Source: an uncultured Solirubrobacterales bacterium (GTDB lineage Bacteria > Actinomycetota > Thermoleophilia > Solirubrobacterales > 70-9). From it: a DNA stretch of 64,000 nt. The DNA is taken from the NCBI GenBank assembly GCA_963781265.1, contig CAWAFH010000018.1:692107-756106 (forward strand). The letters run 5' to 3'. A program made the translations under genes and the position numbers. Every line of letters starts with the position of its first letter. Within the stretch, counting starts at the first letter, position 1. This document shows positions 56,764-64,000 of this stretch, piece by piece. The notes under the pieces were generated by a model. It did not search any database. It was not told where the DNA came from and saw only the letters and a list, made by a program, of their open reading frames with translations.

Positions 56764-57048
56764 ATGGAGATCGTGATCGCGCTCGTGATCCTGGTCGTGC
56801 TCGCGGCCTTCGTCACCGCGCCGCTTCGCCACCGCGCCGAGCCGCTCGAGGACGTGGGCGAGAGCCCCGAGCGCGCCGATCTCGAGGCGCGCAAGGAGGC
56901 GCTCTACCGCCAGATCCGCGACGCCGAGCTCGACCGCGAGCAGGGCAAGCTCACCGATGCCGACTGGAAGCGCCTCGACACCGAGCTGCGCCGCGAGGCG
57001 ATCGAGGTCCTGAAGCGGATCGACACGCTGTCGGCCGCGCCCCGGTAG
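56764..57048 (+). CDS. CcmI/CycH N-terminal-module-like small membrane protein
   Basis: One TM helix, then EALYRQIRDAELDREQGKLTDADWKRLDTELRREA, resembling the first module of CcmI. No TPR part. Confidence 0.55.
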   Translation: MEIVIALVILVVLAAFVTAPLRHRAEPLEDVGESPERADLEARKEALYRQIRDAELDREQGKLTDADWKRLDTELRREAIEVLKRIDTLSAAPR

Positions 57049-57067
57049 TCATCTACACTGCCCGGCG

Positions 57068-57289
57068 ATGGAAAGCATCCTCAACGTCGTTCAGGTACTC
57101 ATCTCGGTCGTCCTGATCTTCTTGGTGCTCCTGCACTCGGGCAAGGACGCCGGGCTCTCGGGCGCCTTCGGGATCGGGGCCACCGGTGGCTCGATCGGTG
57201 GCTCGCTGGTCGAGCGAAACCTCGACCGCTGGACCATCTTCTTCTCGATCCTGTTCGTGCTCAACACGCTCGTCCTGCTGAAGATCTGA
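57068..57289 (+). CDS. secG: preprotein translocase subunit SecG
   Basis: 73 aa with two TM helices flanking the Gly-rich loop LLHSGKDAGLSGAFG. Confidence 0.9.
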   Translation: MESILNVVQVLISVVLIFLVLLHSGKDAGLSGAFGIGATGGSIGGSLVERNLDRWTIFFSILFVLNTLVLLKI

Positions 57290-57392
57290 CGCGGCCCACT
57301 CGGGGTCGAGCGGTCGGTACGCGGGATCCCGCCCGACGACCCGGCGCCGTCGCTGAACGCCGCCTGGCTGACCGGCATCGACAGCGGCTGAG

Positions 57393-58370
57393 CTAGGGCG
57401 CGGGCAGCGCCAGTGCGGCGAACACCGCCCGATGGTCCGAGCCGGGCAGGTCCTCGACCGAGTACTCGCGGATCCCGATCCGCTCGTCCACGAGCACGTG
57501 GTCGATCGCGGCGAACGGCGGCATCCGCCGGTTTGCCGGCCAGGTGCCCGTGAGTCCGTCTCCGAGGGTCTCGCCCGCGTCGGCGTAGCCGCGATCGAGC
57601 AGATCGCGAAACGGCTCGTGGTCGAGGGTCGCGTTGAAGTCGCCGAGCGCGATCCGCAGTTGCGCGTCGACCGGGGGCGGGATCCCGCCCAGATCGGCCG
57701 CCCAGTCCTCCGTCTGCCCGCTGATCGGCGGAACCGTGTGCAGGCCGAGCAGCTCGATCGGCGCCGCACCCGCGACCGCGAGTCGCTGGCGGATCAACGG
57801 GAAGCCACCGGGTAACCGGCCCACGTCCCCCGGTCCGAGCCCGGAGCGCGCGTAGAGGCCGCTGCCGCCGGAGCGCTCGTCGGTCGCGAGGACGCGATCG
57901 GGCAGCAGCGCCCGCAGTCCGGTTGCGTCGAGCTTCGCCGCCAGGTTGGGCGTCAGCTCCTCGACCGAGAGCACGTCGACGTCGAGGTCGCGGACCAACT
58001 CGACCAGGGGCTCGGGCTCGGCCTTGCCGAGCTTCATGTTCGCCGCCAGCACCCGCAGCTCGGCGGCCTCGCCGCCCTCGGCCTCGGTCGGTCCCCCGAA
58101 GGCCCGGGGCAGGACCACGATCGCGAGCGCGATCAGCGCCGCCGCGGCGACCGCGGCCGCTGCCCAGCGGCGCGCGAAGGCCGCGACCGCCAGCGGCACG
58201 ATCGCGGTCGCTGCCACCAGCGGCGTGAACGCGAGCATCGCCTCGAGCGGAAAGCCCGAGCCGATCCCGAGCGTCCGGATCAGCGCCCACAACGCCCAGG
58301 GGGCGACCGTGCCCCAGACCGCCACCGTGATCAGGCGGTCGCGAGTCGCGGCGCCCTGCCAGGACCTCAT
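57393..58370 (-). CDS. membrane-anchored endonuclease/exonuclease/phosphatase (EEP) family protein
   Basis: N-terminal TM helices, then EEP motifs (LRVLAANM, GDFNATLDH, GSDHRAV). I prefer the ATG at 58370; the track ORF start at 58430 would leave only 8 nt to the divergent kdpD. Confidence 0.8.
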   Translation of the reverse strand: MRSWQGAATRDRLITVAVWGTVAPWALWALIRTLGIGSGFPLEAMLAFTPLVAATAIVPLAVAAFARRWAAAAVAAAALIALAIVVLPRAFGGPTEAEGGEAAELRVLAANMKLGKAEPEPLVELVRDLDVDVLSVEELTPNLAAKLDATGLRALLPDRVLATDERSGGSGLYARSGLGPGDVGRLPGGFPLIRQRLAVAGAAPIELLGLHTVPPISGQTEDWAADLGGIPPPVDAQLRIALGDFNATLDHEPFRDLLDRGYADAGETLGDGLTGTWPANRRMPPFAAIDHVLVDERIGIREYSVEDLPGSDHRAVFAALALPAP

Positions 58371-58438
58371 CGGTGGACTTTGTACAGGCACGGCAGGGGC
58401 GGGCGTCGACAGGGGCGGTTGCGCCACCATGGGGCGCG

Positions 58439-59806
58439 ATGACCGATCGCAACGGCCTTCGCTCGACCGCCACCGGCGTCGTCGTCTCGGCGGTTCTGAT
58501 CGCGGCGGTGACGGCGATCATCTACGCACTTCGCGACGTGATGCCGGTCGAGGCCGCCGGCGTCCTCTACCTGTTGCCCGTCCTGCTCGCCTCCAGCTAC
58601 TGGGGCCTGGCGCTGGGCATCCTGACCTCGATCGCGAGCGCCGCGGCGTTCAACTTCTTTCACATTCCGCCGACCGGGCGGTTCACGATCGCCGAGGAGG
58701 AGAACTGGGTCGCGTTGGTCGTCTTCCTCGTGGCTGCAGCGGTGACCGCGACCCTGGCCGGGGCGGCGCGGGCCCGCGCCGATGAAGCCGAGCGGCGCAG
58801 CGCCGAGGCCGACCTGACGGCGGAGATGGCGCGGGTGCTGCTCGGCGGCCAGAACCTCGACGACTCGCTGCGGGTGGTCGGCCAGCGGATCGCGCAGGCG
58901 TTCGTCCTGCCCTGGGTCGAGGTCGAGACCCGCTGGAGCGACAGCGATCACCGGCGGCGGGCGCTGCCGGTCGTCGTCGACGGCCAGCGTGCCGGGACCG
59001 TGGCGGTCCCGCGTGCGACCGACGAGGAAACGATCGGTGAGCTCGAGCGGCGGGTGGTGCCGAGCCTCGAGACCCTGCTGACCGCGGCACGACGGCGTGA
59101 GGGCCTCGAGGCCCAGGTGATCGAGACGCATGCGCTGCGGCGCTCGAACGTGGTCAAGACAGCCCTGCTGCGATCGGTGTCGCACGACCTGCGGTCGCCA
59201 CTCACCGCGATCACCGCGGCCGCCGGTGGGCTCGCCTCCCCGACCCTCGACGAGCCGGCGCGCGCCGAGCTCATTTCGGTGATCTCGACGGAGTCGGACC
59301 GGCTCACGCGGCTGGTCGACAACCTGCTCGACCTCTCGCGCGTCCAAGCCGGACAGCTCAACCCGCAGGCCGACTGGACCTCGGCCGAGGAGCTGATCGA
59401 GGCTGCGATCGCGCACGTCGAGACTCCGCCGGCGGGGTTCGAGCTCGCAATCGAGCCGGAGCTACCGCTCTTCGAGACCGACTCGGCGCAACTCGAGCGG
59501 GCGCTCGCGAACCTGATCGAGAACGCGGTTCGATACGCCAGCGACGAGCCGGTGACGATCGCGGCGCAGCGCATCGGCCGCGAGATCGCGATCAGGATCA
59601 CCGATCACGGCCCGGGGGTTCCCCGCGCGGACCTCGACCGCATCTTCGAGCCGTTTCACAGCTCGGGCGACCACGGGGGCGCCGGGCTCGGCCTGGCGAT
59701 CGCGCGCGGCTTCGTCGAGGCCAACGGCGGCAAGCTGCGCGCCCAGTCGCTTCCCGGCCAGGGCTCGACGTTCTCGATCCACCTGCCGGTGAAGGCGCCA
59801 GAATGA
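58439..59806 (+). CDS. kdpD: KdpD-like sensor histidine kinase lacking the N-terminal KdpD/Usp sensor modules
   Basis: ATG at 58439. Begins directly with the DUF4118-type membrane block (YLLPVLLASSYWGL...FNFFHIPP). Then a linker, the H-box SVSHDLRSPLTAI and N/G boxes (NLIENAVRY, GAGLGLAIARG). About 455 aa versus roughly 850-900 for canonical KdpD. Confidence 0.85.
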   Translation: MTDRNGLRSTATGVVVSAVLIAAVTAIIYALRDVMPVEAAGVLYLLPVLLASSYWGLALGILTSIASAAAFNFFHIPPTGRFTIAEEENWVALVVFLVAAAVTATLAGAARARADEAERRSAEADLTAEMARVLLGGQNLDDSLRVVGQRIAQAFVLPWVEVETRWSDSDHRRRALPVVVDGQRAGTVAVPRATDEETIGELERRVVPSLETLLTAARRREGLEAQVIETHALRRSNVVKTALLRSVSHDLRSPLTAITAAAGGLASPTLDEPARAELISVISTESDRLTRLVDNLLDLSRVQAGQLNPQADWTSAEELIEAAIAHVETPPAGFELAIEPELPLFETDSAQLERALANLIENAVRYASDEPVTIAAQRIGREIAIRITDHGPGVPRADLDRIFEPFHSSGDHGGAGLGLAIARGFVEANGGKLRAQSLPGQGSTFSIHLPVKAPE

Positions 59807-60489
59807 CCTCCCGCCAGCGCGTCCTGATTTGCGACGACGAGGCCCAGATTCTCCGGGCTCTGCGCGTGATCCTCGGCGATGCCGGGTTCGAGGTCGTCCC
59901 GGCGATGACCGTCCGCGAGGCGCTCGACGCGGTCGCGGTGCGGCCGCCCGATGCGGCGATCATCGACCTCGTCTTACCCGACGGCGACGGGGTCGAGGTG
60001 ACCAGCGCGATTCGCGAGTGGAGCAAGATGCCGATCCTGGTGCTCTCCGCGATGGGCGACGAGCGCGAGAAGGTGCGCGCCCTCGATGCCGGCGCCGACG
60101 ACTACATCACGAAGCCGTTCGGCCCCAATGAGCTGGTCGCCCGGCTGCGGGCCGCCCTCCGACGCTCGGAGCCGTCGGGCGACGACGACCCGGTGATCGA
60201 GGCCGACGGCCTCGTCATCGACCTGCCCGCCCGGCGGATCACCAGGGGCGGGGAGGAGATCCACCTGACCCCGACGGAGTACGACCTGCTCCGCCACCTG
60301 GCGCTCAATCGCGGCCGGCTGCTGACCCACCAGGCGCTGCTGCGCGAGGTCTGGGGGCCAGGCTTTCAAGACGACACCCAGATCCTGCGGGTTCACATCG
60401 CCAACCTGCGGCGCAAGATCGAAGCCGGCGGCGGCGCCCCGCGGCTGATTCGGACCGACCCCGGGGTCGGCTACCGGTTCACCGCCTGA
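59803..60489 (+). CDS. kdpE: OmpR-family response regulator KdpE
   Basis: Receiver domain (VLICDDE, DLVLPDGDG, KPF) plus a winged-helix output (LTPTEYDLLRHL...GVGYRF). ATGA overlap with kdpD. Confidence 0.88.
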   Translation: MTSRQRVLICDDEAQILRALRVILGDAGFEVVPAMTVREALDAVAVRPPDAAIIDLVLPDGDGVEVTSAIREWSKMPILVLSAMGDEREKVRALDAGADDYITKPFGPNELVARLRAALRRSEPSGDDDPVIEADGLVIDLPARRITRGGEEIHLTPTEYDLLRHLALNRGRLLTHQALLREVWGPGFQDDTQILRVHIANLRRKIEAGGGAPRLIRTDPGVGYRFTA

Positions 60490-60570
60490 GGACCCGGTCT
60501 TCACGACACCTTTATGCGCCGCGGCCAAGTCTTGAGGTCCGCTTGACGCGAACGCCCCCAAGCTTGATGC

Positions 60571-61068
60571 ATGGAAGTTCACCCGCGCATCGACCTCGCG
60601 ATCGCCGCCCGCCACGGGCTCGGCCGCCGGCGACGACTGCCGCTTTCAGGCCGCGTCAGGGCCCGGATGTTCACGACCGGTCTCGATCGCGACCTCGCCG
60701 CCGGAGCGGACCCCGGCGGTGACCCCACCCTGACGCTTCGAGCCCAGCATCTGCGCTCGGCCCACGTTCGCCATCAGCTGGCCGAGGGCCTGCGCGACAC
60801 CGTTCGCCGCGCCCACCGCCCGTCGCGGCTGAGCGCCGCGGCACCGATCTCCCGAGCGGCCGTGCGATCGAATGAGAGCCTCCTCGCCGAGCTTGCCGAT
60901 CGCCTCGACTCCGAGCCGGCGGCCGAGGCGGGTGGGATCGCAGCGGCCAACCTGCTGCTCACCGACGGCACCTCGCCGCTCTGGGTGAATGGCGACCCGC
61001 GCGAGCTTCACGACCTGCTCGGCATGGCGCTCTTCCGCCTCGGCCGTGCCGGAGGCGAGCCGCGATGA
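60571..61068 (+). CDS. hypothetical protein, paralogue 1 of a tandem pair
   Basis: Shares an ordered motif string with the next gene (LDRxLAxGxDP..D..L..RA..L.S..VR..LA..LR......P.R.S...SPLW). The start may be internal (MFTTG). Confidence 0.6.
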   Translation: MEVHPRIDLAIAARHGLGRRRRLPLSGRVRARMFTTGLDRDLAAGADPGGDPTLTLRAQHLRSAHVRHQLAEGLRDTVRRAHRPSRLSAAAPISRAAVRSNESLLAELADRLDSEPAAEAGGIAAANLLLTDGTSPLWVNGDPRELHDLLGMALFRLGRAGGEPR

Positions 61069-61487
61069 ACGCCGTCGAGATCCCCGAGCGCGCGCTCGCC
61101 GCCCTGTGCAGCTGCGAGCTCGATCGCGCGCTCGCCGGCGGCACGGACCCGGCCTCCGACAGCCTCCTCGCCCGCCGGGCAGACCAGCTTTCGACCGATC
61201 ACGTTCGCCGTACGCTCGCCGCCGATCTGCGCGCGGCGATCGTCAGCGCCGAGCACCCGCGCCGGTTCAGCGGGCCGTCGCCCGCCGCCGCCGCAGCGAT
61301 CCGTGGCCAGCGCTCGCGCCTCGAGCGCCTTGTGGCCCGTCTCGAGTCGGGCGAGCCGGCCGGCCTGCGTGGCGTCGCCGCCGTCGCCGCCCTGGTCGAG
61401 GACTCCGAGTCGCCGCTTTGGAACGGGCGCCGCGCGACCGACCTCGTCGCCGAGGTCAACTGCGCCCTGAACGGGATCGAGGACTGA
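61065..61487 (+). CDS. hypothetical protein, paralogue 2 of a tandem pair
   Basis: ATGA overlap with paralogue 1. 140 aa with the same motif order. Ends 1 nt before the micro-ORF that precedes kdpF. Confidence 0.65.
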   Translation: MNAVEIPERALAALCSCELDRALAGGTDPASDSLLARRADQLSTDHVRRTLAADLRAAIVSAEHPRRFSGPSPAAAAAIRGQRSRLERLVARLESGEPAGLRGVAAVAALVEDSESPLWNGRRATDLVAEVNCALNGIED

Positions 61488-61488
61488 G

Positions 61489-61569
61489 ATGGACCTGATC
61501 TCGATCGTCTTGGCCGTTGCCTTCTTCGCGCTCATGTGGGCGCTGGTCGAGGGGCTGGATCGTCTATGA
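61489..61569 (+). CDS. 26-aa hydrophobic micro-ORF preceding kdpF
   Basis: ATG MDLISIVLAVAFFALMWALVEGLDRL TGA. Its last codons overlap the kdpF ATG (ATGA at 61566-61569). Confidence 0.3.
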   Translation: MDLISIVLAVAFFALMWALVEGLDRL

Positions 61570-61655
61570 GCGCCGCTGAGGTCATCGGTCTGGTCGTCGC
61601 GTTCGCGCTCTCGCTCTACCTGCTCTACGCGCTGTTCTTCGGTGAGGAGCTCTGA
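61566..61655 (+). CDS. kdpF: K+-transporting ATPase subunit F
   Basis: 29 aa, MSAAEVIGLVVAFALSLYLLYALFFGEEL, matching the KdpF pattern (MS...G......L..YL.YAL). Lies 2 nt upstream of kdpA. Confidence 0.75.
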   Translation: MSAAEVIGLVVAFALSLYLLYALFFGEEL

Positions 61656-61657
61656 GC

Positions 61658-63415
61658 ATGACCGCCGAGGGGGTGCTCCAGCTCGCCTTCTACGTCGTCG
61701 TCTTGACGGCGGTCGCCGTGCCGCTCGGCCATTACATGGCCCGCGTCTACGAGGGCGATCGAGTCTTTCTGACCCGGATCCTCGGGCCGCTCGAGCGGCT
61801 CATCTACCGGATGCTCGGACGCAGCGCCACGGTCGAGCAGGACTGGAAGGCCTACGCCAAGACGGTGCTCGTCTTCAGCCTCCTGTTCTGGCTCCTGCTG
61901 TACGTGATCCTGCGCGCGCAGAGCGTCCTGCCCTTCAACCCGGAGGGGTTCGGCGCCGGGCCGGCGGACCTGACGTTCAACACGACGACCTCGTTCGTGA
62001 CCAACACGAACTGGCAGTTCTACGGCGGCGAGACGACGCTCTCGTACTTCTCGCAGATGGCCGGGCTCACGGTTCAGAACTTCGTCTCGGCCGCGGTGGG
62101 CATGGCCGTGCTCGTGGCCGTGATCCGCGGGATCCGCAGCCGTGCCGGCAAGTCGCTCGGCAACTTCTGGCAGGACATCACCCGGACGCTGCTCTACATC
62201 CTGCTCCCGCTCGCGATCGTCGGCGCGCTGATCCTCGTCTCCCAGGGCGTGATCCAGAGCCTCACCGGTTACCAGGACGTCAGCACCGTCACGGGTGACA
62301 GCCAGACCCTGGCGATGGGCCCGGCGGCCTCCCAGATCGCGATCAAGCAGCTGGGCACCAACGGGGGCGGCTTCTTCAACGTCAACTCCTCCTTCCCGTT
62401 CGAGAACCCGACCGCGTTCTCGGGCTTCGTCGAGCTGCTGTTCATCCTCATGATCCCGGCCGGGCTGGTGTTCACGTACGGCCGCATGGTCGGCAGCCGC
62501 CGCCAGGGCTGGGCCCTGTACGGAGCGATGGCGGTGCTGATGATCGGCGGGATGGTCACCGCCACCGCCGCCGAGCAGCACGGCTCGCCCGCCCAGGACA
62601 AGGCCGGGCTCGAGCTCGCCGCCGCCGACGGGACCACGGGCGGCAACATGGAGGGCAAGGAGGTCCGCAACGGGATCGCCAGCAGCGCCATCTGGGCGAG
62701 CTGGACCACGGACGCCTCCAACGGCTCGGTCAACTCCGCCCACGACGCGTACACGGGGATCGGCGGCGCCGTGCCGCTGGCGAACATGATGACCGGCGAG
62801 GTGATCTTCGGCGGGGTCGGCTCCGGCCTCTACGGGATGCTGCTGTTCGTCCTGCTGACCGTGTTCATCGCCGGGCTGATGGTCGGGCGCACGCCGGAGT
62901 ACCTCGGCAAGAAGATCGAGGCGCGCGAGGTCAAGTTGGTCCTGGTCGGGGTGCTGGTGATGCCGATCGTCGTGCTCGGGTTCACGGCGATCGCGGTGGC
63001 GACCAAGTACGGCGATCCATCGATCTACAACCCAGGCCCCCAGGGCTTCTCCGAGACCCTCTACGCCTACGTCTCGCAGACCAACAACAACGGCTCGGCG
63101 TTCGCCGGCTTCACCGGCTTCGTCCAGCCCAACGCCCCCGGCAACGCCGGCTCCTACACGATCACCTTCGCCAACCTGGTCGGCGGACTGGCGCTGTTCT
63201 TCGGCCGCTACCCGATCATGATCGGGCTGCTGGCGATCGCCGGCTCGCTCGCCGGCAAGAAGGTCTCGCCGGCGGGCCCGGGCACCTTCCGCACCGACAC
63301 GCCGACGTTCGTCGTCCTGTTGCTGGCGATCGTGCTGATCGTCGGCGCCCTGACCTTCTTCCCCGCCCTGCTCCTCGGCCCGATCGTCCAGGGCCTGTCA
63401 ACCCAGCTCTTCTAA
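61658..63415 (+). CDS. kdpA: K+-transporting ATPase subunit A
   Basis: 585 aa. Canonical KdpA N-terminus (LGHYMARVYEG) and selectivity-filter-like blocks (TNTNWQFYGGE, LGTNGGGFFN, NNGSAFAG). Confidence 0.95.
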   Translation: MTAEGVLQLAFYVVVLTAVAVPLGHYMARVYEGDRVFLTRILGPLERLIYRMLGRSATVEQDWKAYAKTVLVFSLLFWLLLYVILRAQSVLPFNPEGFGAGPADLTFNTTTSFVTNTNWQFYGGETTLSYFSQMAGLTVQNFVSAAVGMAVLVAVIRGIRSRAGKSLGNFWQDITRTLLYILLPLAIVGALILVSQGVIQSLTGYQDVSTVTGDSQTLAMGPAASQIAIKQLGTNGGGFFNVNSSFPFENPTAFSGFVELLFILMIPAGLVFTYGRMVGSRRQGWALYGAMAVLMIGGMVTATAAEQHGSPAQDKAGLELAAADGTTGGNMEGKEVRNGIASSAIWASWTTDASNGSVNSAHDAYTGIGGAVPLANMMTGEVIFGGVGSGLYGMLLFVLLTVFIAGLMVGRTPEYLGKKIEAREVKLVLVGVLVMPIVVLGFTAIAVATKYGDPSIYNPGPQGFSETLYAYVSQTNNNGSAFAGFTGFVQPNAPGNAGSYTITFANLVGGLALFFGRYPIMIGLLAIAGSLAGKKVSPAGPGTFRTDTPTFVVLLLAIVLIVGALTFFPALLLGPIVQGLSTQLF

Positions 63416-63419
63416 GACC

Positions 63420-64000
63420 ATGAGAAAAGACTTCATCGCCTCCGCAATCGCAGTCGTCATCTTCACGGTGCTGTTCGGCCTCGTCTACCCGCTGGTGATC
63501 ACCGGCGTCTCGCAGGTCGCCTTCCCCGGCAAGGCCGACGGCAGCCAGATCGAGCGCGACGGCAAGGTCATCGGCTCGAGCCTGATCGGCCAGGAGTTCA
63601 CCAAGCGCGTGCCGCGCGACGGCAACCCGAAGAAGTTCCACCGCGTCCCCGACCCGCGCTACTTCCAGGGCCGTCCCTCGGCGACCGGTTACTCCGCCGA
63701 CGTCACCTACTTCAACAACCTCGGCCCCAACAACGCCGAGCTATCGCAGATGTTCAAGGACAACCTGGCCGCCTACCTGGAGCTCGAGGGCCCGCTATGA
63801 CCCGGGCCTCACCGCCGCCGACGTTCCCGTCGACGCGGTCACGACGTCGGCCTCCGGGGTCGATCCCCATATCTCCGAGGCGAACGCCCGGATCCAGGCG
63901 AACCGGATCGCCGAGGTCCGGGGCCTGCCGCTCGACCGGGTAATGGAGCTGATCGACGAGCACACGGCCGGCCGCGCGCTCGGCTTCCTGGGCGAGCCCG
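63420..64000 (+). pseudogene. kdpC: K+-transporting ATPase subunit C, interrupted by one frameshift; 3' end beyond the window
   Basis: KdpC N-terminus (FGLVYPLVITGVSQVAFPGKADGSQIERDGKVIGSSLIGQEF, YFQGRPSA) stops at 63800. The KdpC C-terminal sequence (YDPGLTAADVPVDAVTTSASGVDPHISEANARIQANRIA) continues in the -1 frame. Deleting one G of the GGG run at 63788-63790 restores ...ELEARYDPGL. This could be a sequencing error rather than a true pseudogene. Confidence 0.6.

Noticed and set aside
54436-56832. 798-aa minus-strand ORF antisense to ccmF
   Set aside because: Arg/Asp/Gly/Pro-rich with no motifs. The plus-strand frame has the CcmF WWD motif and a TM pattern.
60490-60570. Possible riboswitch (for example a c-di-AMP class) controlling the kdp genes
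   Set aside because: The intergenic region is only about 80 nt and shows no extended conserved-looking structure, so it is too short for the known kdp-associated riboswitch class.
61625-62743. 372-aa minus-strand ORF antisense to kdpA
   Set aside because: Shadow ORF. The kdpA frame is unambiguous.
1-64000. CRISPR arrays, transposons/IS elements, prophage, toxin-antitoxin or known anti-phage defence systems
   Set aside because: By eye I saw no repeat-spacer periodicity, no transposase/integrase/recombinase-like ORFs, no terminal inverted repeats bracketing genes, and no nuclease/ATPase/helicase pairings typical of defence islands.

Overview
Very GC-rich bacterial chromosomal segment (third codon positions almost all G/C). 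It looks like Actinomycetota, possibly a Thermoleophilia/Rubrobacteria-type lineage, but that is inference only. I saw no rRNA, CRISPR array, transposase, integrase or phage genes, and one tRNA-Gly(CCC).

Gene content in order:
- Polar amino-acid ABC importer (193-2750).
- A cell-envelope glycan locus of about 19 kb (2776-22226). It holds GT2/GT4 glycosyltransferases, four SAM-methyltransferase domains, a Wzm/Wzt ABC exporter with a C-terminal Wzt extension, two NAD-epimerase/dehydratases, two polyprenyl-phosphate-sugar-synthase-like GT2s and three paralogous ~560-aa polytopic membrane proteins. An M. tuberculosis-type cysM is embedded in it.
- AlkD-like repair gene, JAMM protease, P450 and a DUF1152-like/DUF1802-like pair.
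- Hydantoinase A/B, nadB and an HDAC-family gene.
- An 897-aa Ala/Glu/Arg coiled-coil protein with a ComEA-type HhH tail, next to an orphan Flp-like pilin gene.
- rph, rdgB and a CDF transporter.
- Secreted proteins plus an ECF sigma fused to a ZAS anti-sigma module.
- A dispersed System I cytochrome c maturation set (ccmH, ccmG, ccmE, ccmF, ccmI-like) whose CcmE is Cys-type.
- secG.
- A kdp locus: short kdpD, kdpE, two unknown tandem paralogues, a micro-ORF, kdpF, kdpA, then kdpC with no kdpB in between.

Most notable observations:
- Discrete blocks of single-base indels break specific surface or glycan genes while their neighbours stay intact.
- The triplicated GT-C-like membrane protein family.
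- The giant HhH coiled-coil protein.
- The unusual kdp and ccm architectures.

Many long ORFs in the supplied track are GC-driven shadow frames and were not called.
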